A stretch of 64,000 bases of DNA from an uncultured bacterium (GCA_964562525.1 CAZLTL010000005.1:876-64875), one strand, 5' to 3'; shown: positions 1 through 11,959, counted from the first letter of the stretch. Translations and numbers: made by a program. Notes: generated by a model from the sequence alone, not told the origin.

Positions 1-1852
1 TGTTCCTTGCTCTGAGTATAAAACTAAACCGATTATGGAGTTACTGGATGATCAGCCGGTACTGGATTCCAAAATGCTCGCTTTGACGCGCTGGATTGCG
101 GATTATTACGGCTGCAGTTGGGGTGAGGCTATTGAAAATGCTTTGCCGCGATGGGTCAAGTTTGGCAAACCGCCCAAAGAGAAAAAAGAAGATGCGTTTA
201 CGGAATCCGCACCATCCGGTGTTTCGAGCCGCCAATTGACTTCAGAGCAAGCCGATGCATTTGCCCGAATTCAGCAAGAATTAAATAAACCGCTTCCTTC
301 GGCCACACTGCTTGTGGGAGTCACCGGCAGCGGAAAAAGCGAGCTGTATATTCGCGCGATTCACGCAGCTTTAAAACAAGGCCGCTCCGCTATTTGCCTT
401 GTCCCTGAAATTGCTTTAACGGAACAACTGCGTTTCTTTTTTGCGAATGAATTCGGCAGTTTGCTTGAAATGCTGCATAGTAAAATGACGGATCGCGAGC
501 GTTTTATCGCGTGGAAACGGATTCGCGAGGGGAAGCGTCGGGTTGTACTCGGGCCGCGTTCCGCTGTTTTTGCGCCTGTGATCGATTTAGGGTTGGTTGT
601 GATAGATGAAGAGCATGAAACATCCTATAAGCAGGAAACGACACCGCGTTATCATGCCCGCGAAGTAGCTGAAAAACGGTGCGAACTTGAGTCCGCACTG
701 CTTTTGATGGGGACGGCAACGCCGTCACTCGAGTCCATGGAACGGGTTCAGTCGAAGAAATGGCAAGGTTTGCGATTAACTCAGCGTGTTGACGGAAAAA
801 AACTTCCGGATGTCCGTTTGGTCGATCTCCGGCAATATCCCAAAGACCCCCGGCAGGGACTCATTTTTTCACCGCCGCTTGTGAAGGAAATTGAAAAAAA
901 TCTGAAAGCCGGTGAGGGGACGATGCTGCTTTTGAATCGCCGCGGCTTTTCGACTTTTATTCAAGCGGCTGAGGGTGATCAGGAGATTTTAAAATGCAAA
1001 CGTTGCGATATTCCGATGACTTTCCATCAAATGGATGATTTGTTGCTTTGTCACTATTGTAATGATCGTATCGCGTTTTCAAAGTTGGAAAAACAAAAGC
1101 CGAATCAGTTTTATAAAATGAGCGGATTTGGTACTGAAAAAGTTGAAAGTGAAGCCGGTCGTTTGTTTCCCGGAGCGCGTATCGCGCGGCTTGACGCGGA
1201 TGTCATGCAAAAACGCGGATCGCATCAGGAAATTCTCGATCAATTTCGTGAGCAGAAAATTGATATTTTGATCGGAACTCAAATGATCGCAAAGGGCTTT
1301 GATTTTTCGCATGTGACATTAGTGGGAGTTATTTTGGCGGATATTGGACTTAAACTGCCGGATTTTCGCTCCTCGGAAAGAACTTTTCAGCTTTTAACGC
1401 AGGTGGCAGGTCGGGCGGGCCGCGGCGATAAACCCGGGCGGGTTTATGTGCAGACCGTGAATCCGGATCATCCCGCGATTTTATTCGCGCAAAGACAGGA
1501 TTATGACGCTTTTTATCAATATGCATTGCCGATGCGCCGTGAGCTGGGTTATCCGCCATTTTCACATTTGCTGAATATCATTATTCGCTCACCTGATGAA
1601 AATAGGGCTTACGCGCATGCGCGCGCTGTGCGTGACATGGTCAAACAATGTTTACCCGCTTTGGCACAGGGACAGCTGATGGGGCCGGCGCCATTGCCCT
1701 TTTATAAATTGCGCGGTCATGTGCGCTGGCATGTGATGCTCAAGCTTCAAAATCCTGAAAAAGCTGCGACTTTGTTTTTGGCGCTAAGCAAACTTAAGAA
1801 ACCATCCGGTGTCCAGGTGGCTTGGGACATGGACCCGGTTAATATCCTTTAG
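1..1852 (+). CDS. priA: Primosomal protein N' (PriA replication-restart helicase), 5'-truncated at window edge
   Basis: Walker A LLVGVTGSGKSE and DEEH box (VVIDEEHETSYKQ). Cys-rich zinc-binding segment (CKRCDIPMTF...CHYCNDR). C-terminal helicase lobe with GRAGRG. The frame is open back to nt 2, and Walker A lies only ~95 aa from the first Met, so the N-terminal DNA-binding domain probably lies upstream of the window. Confidence 0.85.
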   Translation, partial: VPCSEYKTKPIMELLDDQPVLDSKMLALTRWIADYYGCSWGEAIENALPRWVKFGKPPKEKKEDAFTESAPSGVSSRQLTSEQADAFARIQQELNKPLPSATLLVGVTGSGKSELYIRAIHAALKQGRSAICLVPEIALTEQLRFFFANEFGSLLEMLHSKMTDRERFIAWKRIREGKRRVVLGPRSAVFAPVIDLGLVVIDEEHETSYKQETTPRYHAREVAEKRCELESALLLMGTATPSLESMERVQSKKWQGLRLTQRVDGKKLPDVRLVDLRQYPKDPRQGLIFSPPLVKEIEKNLKAGEGTMLLLNRRGFSTFIQAAEGDQEILKCKRCDIPMTFHQMDDLLLCHYCNDRIAFSKLEKQKPNQFYKMSGFGTEKVESEAGRLFPGARIARLDADVMQKRGSHQEILDQFREQKIDILIGTQMIAKGFDFSHVTLVGVILADIGLKLPDFRSSERTFQLLTQVAGRAGRGDKPGRVYVQTVNPDHPAILFAQRQDYDAFYQYALPMRRELGYPPFSHLLNIIIRSPDENRAYAHARAVRDMVKQCLPALAQGQLMGPAPLPFYKLRGHVRWHVMLKLQNPEKAATLFLALSKLKKPSGVQVAWDMDPVNIL

Positions 1853-1892
1853 GTTCATTTCCGAGACGGCTTTTTTTTGATATCATTCACGC

Positions 1893-2405
1893 ATGGCAAT
1901 ACTTCAAGTTCGTAAATATCCGGATCCGGTGCTGACACAAAAGGCAAAGCTTGTCGATGTTTTTGACAAGAAAATGCAGCGGTTCTTTGAGGACATGATC
2001 GATACCATGTATACCGATGATGGTGTCGGATTAGCGGCGCCGCAAGTGGGGGTTTCAAAACAAGTATTGATTGCTTCACCCCAAAATCAGCCGGGAACTG
2101 AGATTGTGATTTGCAATCCGGTTATCGAGAAGTCGGGCGGAACCCAAATCGGGCCGGAGGGGTGTTTGTCCTTTCCCGGCGTTTTTGCGGATGTTCCACG
2201 CGCGCAGTGGATCCAGCTGCGTTATCAAGACCGCAGCGGTAAGACGGTTGTAGTCAAAGTCGAAGATTTTTTTGCGCGGATTGTTCAGCATGAAATGGAT
2301 CACCTGAATGGTTTTCTTTTGATTGATCGCGTCAATCTTGTGACACGTGAAAAACTGCTTGCTGAATACGCTGCCAACGGCGGCAAAAAAAAGAAAAGAA
2401 TCTGA
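1893..2405 (+). CDS. def: Peptide deformylase
   Basis: Motifs GVGLAAPQVG, EGCLSFPG and QHEMDHLNG, in the conserved def-fmt arrangement. Confidence 0.9.
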   Translation: MAILQVRKYPDPVLTQKAKLVDVFDKKMQRFFEDMIDTMYTDDGVGLAAPQVGVSKQVLIASPQNQPGTEIVICNPVIEKSGGTQIGPEGCLSFPGVFADVPRAQWIQLRYQDRSGKTVVVKVEDFFARIVQHEMDHLNGFLLIDRVNLVTREKLLAEYAANGGKKKKRI

Positions 2406-3334
2406 TGCAGCGTATTGTTTTTTTCGGCTCCTCAGATTTTTCACTGCCCGGTCTTCAGGCTTGCCTTGAGTCTCCCGGTTACGAAGTTGCCGTCGTCGTG
2501 ACAACGCCCCCGCAGCGGCAAGGCCGGGGATTGGAATTAACACCGACCTTAATTGCTTCTTATTGCGTGAAAAAAAATATTTCATTTCGCGAGTATCCCA
2601 AGCTGGATGATGCGGCGTATCAGGAAATTGCGGACTTAAAACCTGATGTTTTTGTAGTTTCATCTTATGGAAAAATGATACCGGAGCGCTTTCTTGCGTT
2701 GCCCTCAAGCCGGTTTAACATTCATCCTTCTCTTTTACCGAAATACCGCGGAGCTTCGCCGCTTAACGCTCCGATTCTGGCAGGCGACTCGGTAACGGGG
2801 CTTTCCATCGCGGATATCACCAAGGAATTGGACGCGGGGGAAATTTATTTTCAGGAAGAGTGCCCCATCCGCTCCGGCGATGATTCGGAAAAGATGGGGG
2901 CTTCGCTTGCAGCAAAATCTTATTCCGTGATGCGAGAATTGCTGGAGCGCGCACGATTGGGTAAGGTGGCGGGACAGGCGCAAGATTCTTCTCAAGCCAG
3001 TTATGCCAAGAAGTTGAGCAAAGCCGACGGACATTTGAGTTTGCAGGATTCCGCGCAGAAATGGGACCGTGTTGTACGCGGACTCAAGCCCTGGCCGGGA
3101 GCTTTTATTGAAATTCGCAATGAAAGAGTTGGGTTAATCACGGTTCGACCCGTTTCGGGACAATCAGGAGCTAAGCTTGGGCAATTGCTGTCCATTTCAC
3201 AAGAAGCTATGGTTGTGCAGGTGGGCGATGAGGCGGTTGAGCTTCTTTCCGTTAAACCCGCGGGCAAGAAAGCGATGAGCGGTGGAGATTATGCTCGCGG
3301 ACGTCGCTGGAACGTCGGAATGAATTTAGCTTGA
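2405..3334 (+). CDS. fmt: Methionyl-tRNA formyltransferase
   Basis: ATGA overlap with the def stop. N-terminal IVFFGSSDFSLP, NIHPSLLPKYRGASP and the C-terminal Fmt domain. Confidence 0.9.
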   Translation: MQRIVFFGSSDFSLPGLQACLESPGYEVAVVVTTPPQRQGRGLELTPTLIASYCVKKNISFREYPKLDDAAYQEIADLKPDVFVVSSYGKMIPERFLALPSSRFNIHPSLLPKYRGASPLNAPILAGDSVTGLSIADITKELDAGEIYFQEECPIRSGDDSEKMGASLAAKSYSVMRELLERARLGKVAGQAQDSSQASYAKKLSKADGHLSLQDSAQKWDRVVRGLKPWPGAFIEIRNERVGLITVRPVSGQSGAKLGQLLSISQEAMVVQVGDEAVELLSVKPAGKKAMSGGDYARGRRWNVGMNLA

Positions 3335-3356
3335 GACGCAATTACAGCGGCACTTT

Positions 3357-4472
3357 ATGAAAATAGCTCAGCTGACAACACATGTCAATAGTGGTGGTAT
3401 TCCGGGGTATGTTTATACTTTATCGCGCTGTTTGAAACGTCAAAATCATGAAGCGATCGTGATTTCATCCGGCGGCACGATGGAAGCTCAATTTGCCCAA
3501 AGCGATATCCGCTGTTTTTCCTTCCCGATTAAAACTAAATTCGCATTTCATCCAAAATTGCTTTTTACGATTCCCGCTATTATTCGGACTTTGCGAGATA
3601 AAAAAATTGATTTAGTGCATGCGCATACGCGGATCGCACAAGTCCTTGCCTCATTGATTTTTAAGCGCGCGGGGATTCCGTTTGTTTCTACTTGCCACGG
3701 CTACTATGAGCCAAGGTTTGGGCGCAGAGTTTTTCCGGCTTGGGGTTCCAAGGTGATCGCGATCAGCGAGAGTGTTCGCAAAGACTTGATCGAGCGTCAT
3801 GCTGTTTCGCCGGAGCGGGTTGAAACAATTTACAACGGTGTTGAAGTGGATCAAATCCAAGCACGTGTAGCCTCGGTGGATAAAACCGCTGCGCGGAAGC
3901 AGTTTGGTTTTGAGGCGTCAGACTTTGTCGCTTGCACGGTAACGCGGCTTGTTGAGGAAAAGGGGGTGGCTGATTTTATTAGCGCATTGTTATTGCTCTT
4001 GCCTAAGTATGCAAATTTGAAAGCTTTGATTGTGGGCGAGGGGCGAGAAAAAGAGTTGCTGATTCAAAAAGTGAATGCTGCGGGTTTGGAGAAAAGGATT
4101 ATCTTTGCAGGTCGTTTGGATGATGTTTCTGAAGCTCTTGCGATCAGTGATGTTTTTGTTCATCCCGCGCGTTGGGCTGAAGCTTTTGGGCTGAGTATTG
4201 TTGAAGCCATGAGCGCTGGGTTGCCGGTATTAATGACCCGGCATTGGGCGCTTTTTGATTTGATCGAAAGTCAGGGGTGCTGTGCCTTTGTGGATAAAGG
4301 AAATATTGGTCAGATTAAAAGTGCGATTGAGGCATGGATCCATGATCCTGCGAGTGTCAAAAAAATGGGGGCAGCCGCGCGAGTCACCGCAAAAAAATAT
4401 TTTGATAGCGAGGTTATGGCGGAGCAGATTTCGGAGATTTATCAGCAGGTTTTGTCCTCAAATCAAAGTTAA
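3357..4472 (+). CDS. Glycosyltransferase, family 4 (GT-B fold)
   Basis: C-terminal EAFGLSIVEAMSAGLPV motif typical of GT4/RfaG-like enzymes. The substrate cannot be inferred. Confidence 0.7.
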   Translation: MKIAQLTTHVNSGGIPGYVYTLSRCLKRQNHEAIVISSGGTMEAQFAQSDIRCFSFPIKTKFAFHPKLLFTIPAIIRTLRDKKIDLVHAHTRIAQVLASLIFKRAGIPFVSTCHGYYEPRFGRRVFPAWGSKVIAISESVRKDLIERHAVSPERVETIYNGVEVDQIQARVASVDKTAARKQFGFEASDFVACTVTRLVEEKGVADFISALLLLLPKYANLKALIVGEGREKELLIQKVNAAGLEKRIIFAGRLDDVSEALAISDVFVHPARWAEAFGLSIVEAMSAGLPVLMTRHWALFDLIESQGCCAFVDKGNIGQIKSAIEAWIHDPASVKKMGAAARVTAKKYFDSEVMAEQISEIYQQVLSSNQS

Positions 4473-4518
4473 TAGGGAATCCGCGAGTTAAATCATTTTT
4501 AAAGATCTTTTTAAGCTC

Positions 4519-5694
<1,176 letters not shown>

Positions 5695-5719
5695 TTAACG
5701 GCTTAACTTTGAAGGCTGA

Positions 5720-7021
5720 ATGATGCAAAAAAAGACGATCCGCGATATTTCGATTTCCGGTAAACGCGTTTTGATGCGTGTGGACTTTAACGTTCCCATG
5801 AAGGACGGGGTTGTTCAAGATGATACGCGTATTCGCGCGGCTTTGCCGTCAATCAAGTATGTTCTGGATCAAGGCGCGAAGAGTTTGGTTTTGATGTCGC
5901 ATCTGGGCGATCCTAAAAAGGATTCTGCCAAAGCCAAGGAAAAAGCTGAAAAAACCGGCAAGCCTTTTGACGAAAAAGCTTACCTTGACGGTAAGCATCG
6001 TATGGCGCCTGTTGCTGCTTATCTTGCCAAACTTTTGGGCAAAGATGTGAAGCTTGCGTCTTCTTGTCTGGGAGCTGAAACATTGGCTGCGGTGAACTCG
6101 CTGGCCAATGGCGGGATTTTAATGCTTGAGAACACTCGCTTCCATAAGGAAGAGACATCAAAAGAGGTGTCTGAGCGCGAATCGATGGCGAAAGTTTTGG
6201 CACAGTACGGTGACGTCTACGTGAATGATGCATTCGGAACGGCACATCGTGCGCATGCCTCGACAGAAACTGTTGCACATCATTTGCCGGCCGTTGCGGG
6301 TTTTTTGATGCAAAAAGAGCTTGAGTATCTTGAAGGTAAAATTGCCAAAGATCCGGCGCACCCCTTCGTTGCTATTGTCGGCGGAGCAAAAATTTCATCA
6401 AAGTTAGCTGTACTTGAGAGCTTGCTGGGTAAAGTAGATAAGCTCATCATTGGCGGCGGTATGGCGTACACCTTTTATAAAGCAAAAGGTTTTCCCGTAG
6501 GAACTTCGCTGATTGAAGAGGATATGGTTCCGGTTGCGCGTAAAATTTTGAAACGCGCTTATGAAACCCATGTCAATGTGTACTTGCCGATTGATAATCT
6601 TGTTACCAAGGAGTTTGCTCCGGACGCGCCGTCACGCATCGCGGTTCGCGGCGCAATCAAGCCTGATGAAATGGGCATGGATATCGGTCCGGGCAGTATT
6701 GAAATGTTTCGTGTTGCCATTAACGGAGCCAAGACTGTTTTCTGGAATGGACCGCTTGGGGTTTTTGAGTTCCCGCATTTTGCGAGAGGAACCTTAGCAA
6801 TTGCGGAAGCGGTATCTGAACTGCCGGATTGTATTACCGTGATTGGCGGCGGAGATTCCGTCTCAGCGGTGAATAAAGCGGGTGTCGCGGATAAAATGTC
6901 TCATATTTCAACCGGCGGCGGTGCTTCGCTCGAATTAGTTGAAGGAAAAGTTTTGCCCGGTGTTGCTGCGCTATTAGATTTCGCCTCTGCGGGTTCCCCG
7001 CAACCGGCACTCAACAAATAA
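5720..7021 (+). CDS. pgk: Phosphoglycerate kinase
   Basis: Full-length PGK similarity (RVDFNVP, GGGASLE). It follows gap as in conserved gap-pgk-tpi operons. Confidence 0.95.
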   Translation: MMQKKTIRDISISGKRVLMRVDFNVPMKDGVVQDDTRIRAALPSIKYVLDQGAKSLVLMSHLGDPKKDSAKAKEKAEKTGKPFDEKAYLDGKHRMAPVAAYLAKLLGKDVKLASSCLGAETLAAVNSLANGGILMLENTRFHKEETSKEVSERESMAKVLAQYGDVYVNDAFGTAHRAHASTETVAHHLPAVAGFLMQKELEYLEGKIAKDPAHPFVAIVGGAKISSKLAVLESLLGKVDKLIIGGGMAYTFYKAKGFPVGTSLIEEDMVPVARKILKRAYETHVNVYLPIDNLVTKEFAPDAPSRIAVRGAIKPDEMGMDIGPGSIEMFRVAINGAKTVFWNGPLGVFEFPHFARGTLAIAEAVSELPDCITVIGGGDSVSAVNKAGVADKMSHISTGGGASLELVEGKVLPGVAALLDFASAGSPQPALNK

Positions 7022-7042
7022 CAGACCATTAGGATTTAGAAA

Positions 7043-7825
7043 ATGAAAAAGCCTTTGATTGCCGGAAACTGGAAAATGTACATGAATTGCGCGGAAGCAA
7101 CGCAATTAGTCAGAACTATTAAAGCAGGCGTGTATAAATTCCACGATGTTATCACGGTTGTTTGTCCGCCCTTCACGGCACTTTCGACAGTTGCTGACGA
7201 ATTAAAAGATTCCGAAATTGGGTTAGGCGCACAAAATATGCACTTTGAAACCGAGGGTGCTTATACCGGAGAAATTTCTCCGCCGATGTTGAAAGAAATC
7301 GGATGCCGTTATGTTATTTTGGGCCATTCCGAACGCCGCACTTATTTTAAAGAAACCGATGCTTTAGTTCAAAAAAAGCTCAAGACAGCTTTGAAGTACA
7401 GCTTACTACCGATTGTTTGCGTGGGTGAGACTTTGCAGGAACGCGAATCCGGTAAGCATTGGGAAGTTGTTGCTAAACAGATGAATGACTCATTGGCGGA
7501 TATTTCAGTGGATGAAATTTTAAAAGTAGTGATTGCTTATGAGCCGGTATGGGCTATTGGAACGGGAAAAACCGCTTCACCCGAACAAGCCGAAGAAATG
7601 CATGCTTTTATCCGCGGTCTCTTGAGTGAGAAATTCGGTGAAGACGTTGCTAATAAACTTTATATTCTTTACGGCGGAAGCGTTAAGCCTGATAACATTG
7701 AATCATTAATTGAAAAACCAAACGTGGATGGCGCGTTGGTTGGCGGCGCGTCGCTCAAAGCAGAGTCTTTTTCTCAGCTTGTGGCTGCTTGTGCCGCGTC
7801 ATCTAAAGTAGGGAGTCCGTCATGA
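7043..7825 (+). CDS. tpiA: Triosephosphate isomerase
   Basis: AYEPVWAIGTGKTA signature. Catalytic His in GHSERR. Confidence 0.95.
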   Translation: MKKPLIAGNWKMYMNCAEATQLVRTIKAGVYKFHDVITVVCPPFTALSTVADELKDSEIGLGAQNMHFETEGAYTGEISPPMLKEIGCRYVILGHSERRTYFKETDALVQKKLKTALKYSLLPIVCVGETLQERESGKHWEVVAKQMNDSLADISVDEILKVVIAYEPVWAIGTGKTASPEQAEEMHAFIRGLLSEKFGEDVANKLYILYGGSVKPDNIESLIEKPNVDGALVGGASLKAESFSQLVAACAASSKVGSPS

Positions 7826-8286
7826 TTTTGTTTGTAAGTATTGTTCATGTGATTGTTTGTCTCTTATTGCTTGCGATTATTTTGCTTCAACCCGGAAAAG
7901 GAATGGGGCTTTCAAGCGCGGCTTTCGGTGGATCCGATGCTCAGTCTGTATTCGGCACAAAAACAGCGGATGTTTTGACCAAGGCAACGACGGTTGCGGC
8001 TGTTTTATTTATTGTGACTTGCATTACCTTGAGCTCAATGGCTGCGAATAAATCCCGGTCCTTGTACTCCAAATTTCAGGATCAGGCTCCGATTACGATG
8101 GACCAGATTCAGAAAGCCGTAAAAGAAGCAGAAGAAAAAGCAGCTCAAGAGACCTCTGCCGCGCCAACTGCAGCAGTTTCATCTGCGGCGGCTGAAGTTC
8201 AAGCCGTTGTGGATCAGGCAGCACAGACGGGTGAAGCTGCGCCTGTCCCAGCCGTACCAGCGACGGAGTCGGCGCCTGCCGCTTAA
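7822..8286 (+). CDS. secG: Preprotein translocase subunit SecG, with an Ala/Gln-rich C-terminal extension
   Basis: N-terminal TM helix followed by LQPGKGMGLSSAAFGGS (SecG signature) and a second TM helix. Overlaps the tpiA stop, matching the conserved tpi-secG linkage. Confidence 0.8.
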   Translation: MILFVSIVHVIVCLLLLAIILLQPGKGMGLSSAAFGGSDAQSVFGTKTADVLTKATTVAAVLFIVTCITLSSMAANKSRSLYSKFQDQAPITMDQIQKAVKEAEEKAAQETSAAPTAAVSSAAAEVQAVVDQAAQTGEAAPVPAVPATESAPAA

Positions 8287-8292
8287 AAGCTC

Positions 8293-8319
8293 AATCAGGA
8301 CTGACTGTCCTGATTTTTT
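8293..8319 (+). terminator. Rho-independent terminator after secG
   Basis: AATCAGGAC-TGACT-GTCCTGATT perfect 9-bp stem followed by TTTTT. The T-tract abuts the recG ATG at 8320. Confidence 0.55.
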
Positions 8320-10413
8320 ATGGCTGGATTGACTCAGCGCGCTGATTCCGCAGGGTTTTCAAAGAATTCGATCTCTGGATCAAACGCGTACCTTTCTGAT
8401 TTGCGTTATGTCCGCGGAATAGGCCCGAAAAGGGCGGAATTGCTTTCGAAACTTCAAATTCGCTCGATCAATGATCTCCTATATCATTTTCCCGCACGTT
8501 ATGAAGACCGCACTCAGTTTGTAAAAATCAAAGATCTGCAGTCTGGGCAAATGGCTTCGATTGCCGTGGAGATTCTATCTTCGAAGTTGCGACCTATTCC
8601 GCGTATGCCTATGGTTGAAATGACTGCGGGCGATGAAACCGGCGCGGTGAATGTGGTCTGGCATCGTCAAACCTATTTGTTAAAGCAGCTGATTCCGGAA
8701 CGACAGGCCATTCTTTACGGGCGTGCGGAGTTTGATGGCTTAAAGGTTAAGATTTCGAATCCGGAGATTGAATTTATTGATTCTGCAGGCCCTTCAGTTC
8801 ATTCAGGCCGCATTGTTCCGGTTTATGGCTTAACCGAGGGATTGCATCAAAAAGGGCTACGTGCGCTCATTTATGGAGTTGTTCATTCAGATTCTTTGAA
8901 CTTGATTCACGACAGCCTTCCTGAGTCTATCCAAAAGAAAGAAGGATTGGTGAGTTTGCGGGAAGCGTTGCGAGGAATTCATTTTCCTGAATCTCAAGAG
9001 CAATTAGATAATTCAAGGAAGCGGCTGATTTTTGATGAGTTTTTTTCTTTTCAATTATCACTTCAATCCCAGATTCGTAAAAATCAGATGCGTTCCGATG
9101 GCGTTTCAATGTCAGTTTCAGATCAACTTTTGACCGAATACGCGCGATCGCTTCCGTTTGAATTAACCCCCGACCAGCAGCAAGCCATGACTGAGATTCA
9201 AAAAGATTGCGCCGGAACGCGTCCGATGAATCGGCTTTTGCAGGGAGATGTCGGATCGGGAAAAACGGCTGTCGCTGCTTTTAGTTTTTTAATGGTTAAG
9301 TCTGCCGGACTGCAAAGCGCTTTTTTGGTCCCGACGGAAATCTTAGCGGAACAGCATTATCAAACTCTCAAGAAATTGCTCGCGCCATTTAAGCTCCAAA
9401 TTGCGATCCTTACCAAGAGCACGGAAAAGAAACGCCGTGAAAGACTGTTTGCTGAATTGCGGCAAGGGAAAATTGATTTAGTTGTCGGGACGCATTCGCT
9501 TTTGCAGGATGAAGTTGACTTTAAAAAGCTCGGGCTTGTTGTTGTGGATGAACAGCACAAGTTTGGCGTCGTTCAGCGCAGTAAGCTTCTCGAGCGTAAA
9601 CCTGTTCCTCACTGTTTGGTAATGACAGCGACTCCCATACCGCGGTCTTTGGCGTTGGCGGTTTACGCGGACGCCGACTTCAGCACCATCCGTCAGCTCC
9701 CGCGCGGAAGGCAGCCTATTTCGACTTATTGGATTAGCCGGCAAAAGCAGCCGCAAGTTTGGGAGCATATCAAGGCGAGTTTGAAAGAAGGCCGTCAGGC
9801 TTATGTTGTTTTTCCAGTCATCGAAGAGTCTCTTAAGGCTGATTTAAAAGCGGCTGAAACCGAATTTAAAAAATTGAAAGAAAACGTTTTTTCCGGATTT
9901 AAAGTGGCGCTGGTGCATGGCAAGACATCGGTTGCTCAGCGCGAGTCGTCCATGCGGCAATTTTATGAGGGCGGTGTCGATGTTTTAGTTTCAACCACGG
10001 TTATTGAAGTCGGCGTTGATCAGCCCAATGCCACTTTGATGGTGATTGAAAATGCGGAACGTTTTGGCTTAGCTCAGTTGCATCAATTGCGCGGGCGTAT
10101 CGGTCGGGGACAGCACGCTTCAGAGTGTTTTTTATTTGGCGAGCCGACAACTGATGAAGGAAAAGTAAGGCTAAGACTTTTGACTAAAACGCAGGATGGC
10201 TTTCAAATCGCGGAAGAAGATTTAAATTTACGCGGACCCGGTGATTTGTGGGGAGAGCGTCAGTCCGGTGTGCCTCATTTTAAATTGGCGCACCCGGTTT
10301 GGAATTTAGATCTATTGCAGCGCGCCAAGGATATTGCAGTGGATATTGTGCGGGAAGACTCTGAGCAGGGATGGACTAAAAAATATCTCGCTGAAAAGCT
10401 CCGGAGTTATTAA
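8320..10413 (+). CDS. recG: ATP-dependent DNA helicase RecG
   Basis: Wedge/OB N-terminal region, Walker A LQGDVGSGKT, DEQH box (VVVDEQHKFG) and the helicase C-terminal lobe. Confidence 0.9.
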   Translation: MAGLTQRADSAGFSKNSISGSNAYLSDLRYVRGIGPKRAELLSKLQIRSINDLLYHFPARYEDRTQFVKIKDLQSGQMASIAVEILSSKLRPIPRMPMVEMTAGDETGAVNVVWHRQTYLLKQLIPERQAILYGRAEFDGLKVKISNPEIEFIDSAGPSVHSGRIVPVYGLTEGLHQKGLRALIYGVVHSDSLNLIHDSLPESIQKKEGLVSLREALRGIHFPESQEQLDNSRKRLIFDEFFSFQLSLQSQIRKNQMRSDGVSMSVSDQLLTEYARSLPFELTPDQQQAMTEIQKDCAGTRPMNRLLQGDVGSGKTAVAAFSFLMVKSAGLQSAFLVPTEILAEQHYQTLKKLLAPFKLQIAILTKSTEKKRRERLFAELRQGKIDLVVGTHSLLQDEVDFKKLGLVVVDEQHKFGVVQRSKLLERKPVPHCLVMTATPIPRSLALAVYADADFSTIRQLPRGRQPISTYWISRQKQPQVWEHIKASLKEGRQAYVVFPVIEESLKADLKAAETEFKKLKENVFSGFKVALVHGKTSVAQRESSMRQFYEGGVDVLVSTTVIEVGVDQPNATLMVIENAERFGLAQLHQLRGRIGRGQHASECFLFGEPTTDEGKVRLRLLTKTQDGFQIAEEDLNLRGPGDLWGERQSGVPHFKLAHPVWNLDLLQRAKDIAVDIVREDSEQGWTKKYLAEKLRSY

Positions 10414-10456
10414 ACTATCGCATACTCTTTTGTTGTTTGAGAAATGGATTTTAATT

Positions 10457-11059
10457 ATGCGAATTATCAGCGGAAAATTTAAGTCTCGTAAAATTGACTT
10501 TCCGAAGAATAAGTTGACTCGGCCCATGACGGACCGAACCAAAGAGACTCTCTTTAATATGATAGGGAGCTTGGTTTTTGAAAAGAATATCTTAGATTTG
10601 TTTAGCGGCTCCGGTTCGATTGCCCTCGAAGCATTGAGCCGCGGTGCTCGTCATGCGACGTTTGTCGACCAGGCGGATTGGGCCGTTCGGGTGATTCGTA
10701 AGAATATCGAGACCCTCCAGTTAGAGTCTCAATCGACTGTTATTCAGACTGATATTCTGAAAGCAATCGCTAAATTAGAGAAGCAAAATGAGCGTTTTTC
10801 GATCATTTTTGTGGATCCGCCATTCTTCTCGGGTTGGGTCAAAAAAGCGTTGATCAGGCTAGATCGTTCTGATATAGTCTTGCCCTTCGCGCAGGTAATT
10901 GTGGGCCATCCGGCAAAAGAGCCGCTTCCGGAACCCGATGAGCTTAAAGTTCTTAAGTGCGTGCGAACAAAGAAGATCGGTCAAGCATGTTTGTCATTTT
11001 ATTTTCGCTTGGATGCCTCGGATGAGCAAACGCAGGGCTATTTATCCGGGCAGCTTTGA
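10457..11059 (+). CDS. rsmD: 16S rRNA (guanine966-N2)-methyltransferase RsmD
   Basis: MRIISGKFKSRKIDFP...DLFSGSGSIALEALSRGA...FVDPPF motifs. The start was moved to the internal ATG at 10457, because the annotated upstream extension overlaps the recG 3' end. Confidence 0.8.
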   Translation: MRIISGKFKSRKIDFPKNKLTRPMTDRTKETLFNMIGSLVFEKNILDLFSGSGSIALEALSRGARHATFVDQADWAVRVIRKNIETLQLESQSTVIQTDILKAIAKLEKQNERFSIIFVDPPFFSGWVKKALIRLDRSDIVLPFAQVIVGHPAKEPLPEPDELKVLKCVRTKKIGQACLSFYFRLDASDEQTQGYLSGQL

Positions 11060-11507
11060 TCCCGTTACGAACGGGCATCTCGACTTAATTCAAAGGGCTT
11101 TAAAGCTTTTTGATGAAGTGATTGTTCTTGTCGCTGCGAACGCAGAAAAAAACTCCCTCTTTACACCAGAGGAAAGAGTTGCGTTTTTAAAGCGCGCGCT
11201 CAAGGGCAGTAAAGGCGTTAAGGTTCAGACATTTGAAGGTTTGACGGTGCGTTTTGCCGAGAAGAGCGGCGCGCATGCTTTGGTACGCGGGATTCGCGCG
11301 ACTTCGGATTTTGATTATGAGTTTCAGATGGCGTTAACGAACCGGCGGTTGGCGCGCAAAGTTGATACTGTTTTTCTGATGCCGTCGGAGTCGCATTTTT
11401 ATTTGTCGTCACGGTTGATTAAAGAGATAGCTGCTTTACATGGAGATGTTTCAGGCTATGTCCCGAAATTCGTGGAGCAGGAGCTTCGCCGGCGATTTGG
11501 ATTTTAA
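11022..11507 (+). CDS. coaD: Phosphopantetheine adenylyltransferase
   Basis: AIYPGSFDPVTNGHLDLI (nucleotidyltransferase HxGH) motif. Overlaps the rsmD 3' end, as in the common rsmD-coaD pair. Start chosen at ATG 11022. Confidence 0.85.
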   Translation: MSKRRAIYPGSFDPVTNGHLDLIQRALKLFDEVIVLVAANAEKNSLFTPEERVAFLKRALKGSKGVKVQTFEGLTVRFAEKSGAHALVRGIRATSDFDYEFQMALTNRRLARKVDTVFLMPSESHFYLSSRLIKEIAALHGDVSGYVPKFVEQELRRRFGF

Positions 11508-11527
11508 GAGTACGGAAGTAGCAAGAT

Positions 11528-11959
11528 ATGAAAATTCGCGTCGCCGCTTATAAAGAAGGCGTTCCGGCTGAGCTGAGCTATCAATGCGAAGCTTCCGAGT
11601 TGGATGTTAGTTTTGACGATATGCGTTTTATGACGCCGATTGATGTAAGCGGAACCGTTGAGCGTGAGAAAAAATCATTGCGTTTTTACGGTGCTGCAAC
11701 GGCTCGGATTGTGCGGGTTTGCGGGCGGACGCTCGTGGAAGTCCCTGAAAATTGGGCGGTAGATTTCGATTGGTTTTTTGAGACAGATAACGCAGAATTT
11801 GTTGTCCCGGACGGGGAATTGCGTGAATTGATTATCTTGGATCATCCAATGGTATTTCGGGCTCCTGAGGCGGATAAGCCTGTGGAGTACAGTGACCCGG
11901 AAGTGAAAAAGAAAAGTCCGTTTGAAGAGTTGAAGAAGCAAATTAAGCCGAAGAAGTAA
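11528..11959 (+). CDS. yceD: DUF177/YceD-family protein (large-subunit rRNA accumulation protein)
   Basis: Size ~140 aa and position immediately upstream of rpmF-plsX, the conserved yceD-rpmF-plsX-fab arrangement. No strong motif was seen; the call rests mainly on synteny. Confidence 0.55.
   Translation: MKIRVAAYKEGVPAELSYQCEASELDVSFDDMRFMTPIDVSGTVEREKKSLRFYGAATARIVRVCGRTLVEVPENWAVDFDWFFETDNAEFVVPDGELRELIILDHPMVFRAPEADKPVEYSDPEVKKKSPFEELKKQIKPKK

Noticed and set aside
2076-2708. 210-aa minus-strand ORF overlapping def and fmt.
   Set aside because: It is antisense to conserved genes, with no recognisable motif.
10334-11021. Long N-terminal extensions of rsmD (from 10334) and coaD (from 10899) in the ORF track.
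   Set aside because: The extensions overlap the upstream genes and lack homology. The internal ATGs at 10457 and 11022 give canonical N-termini.
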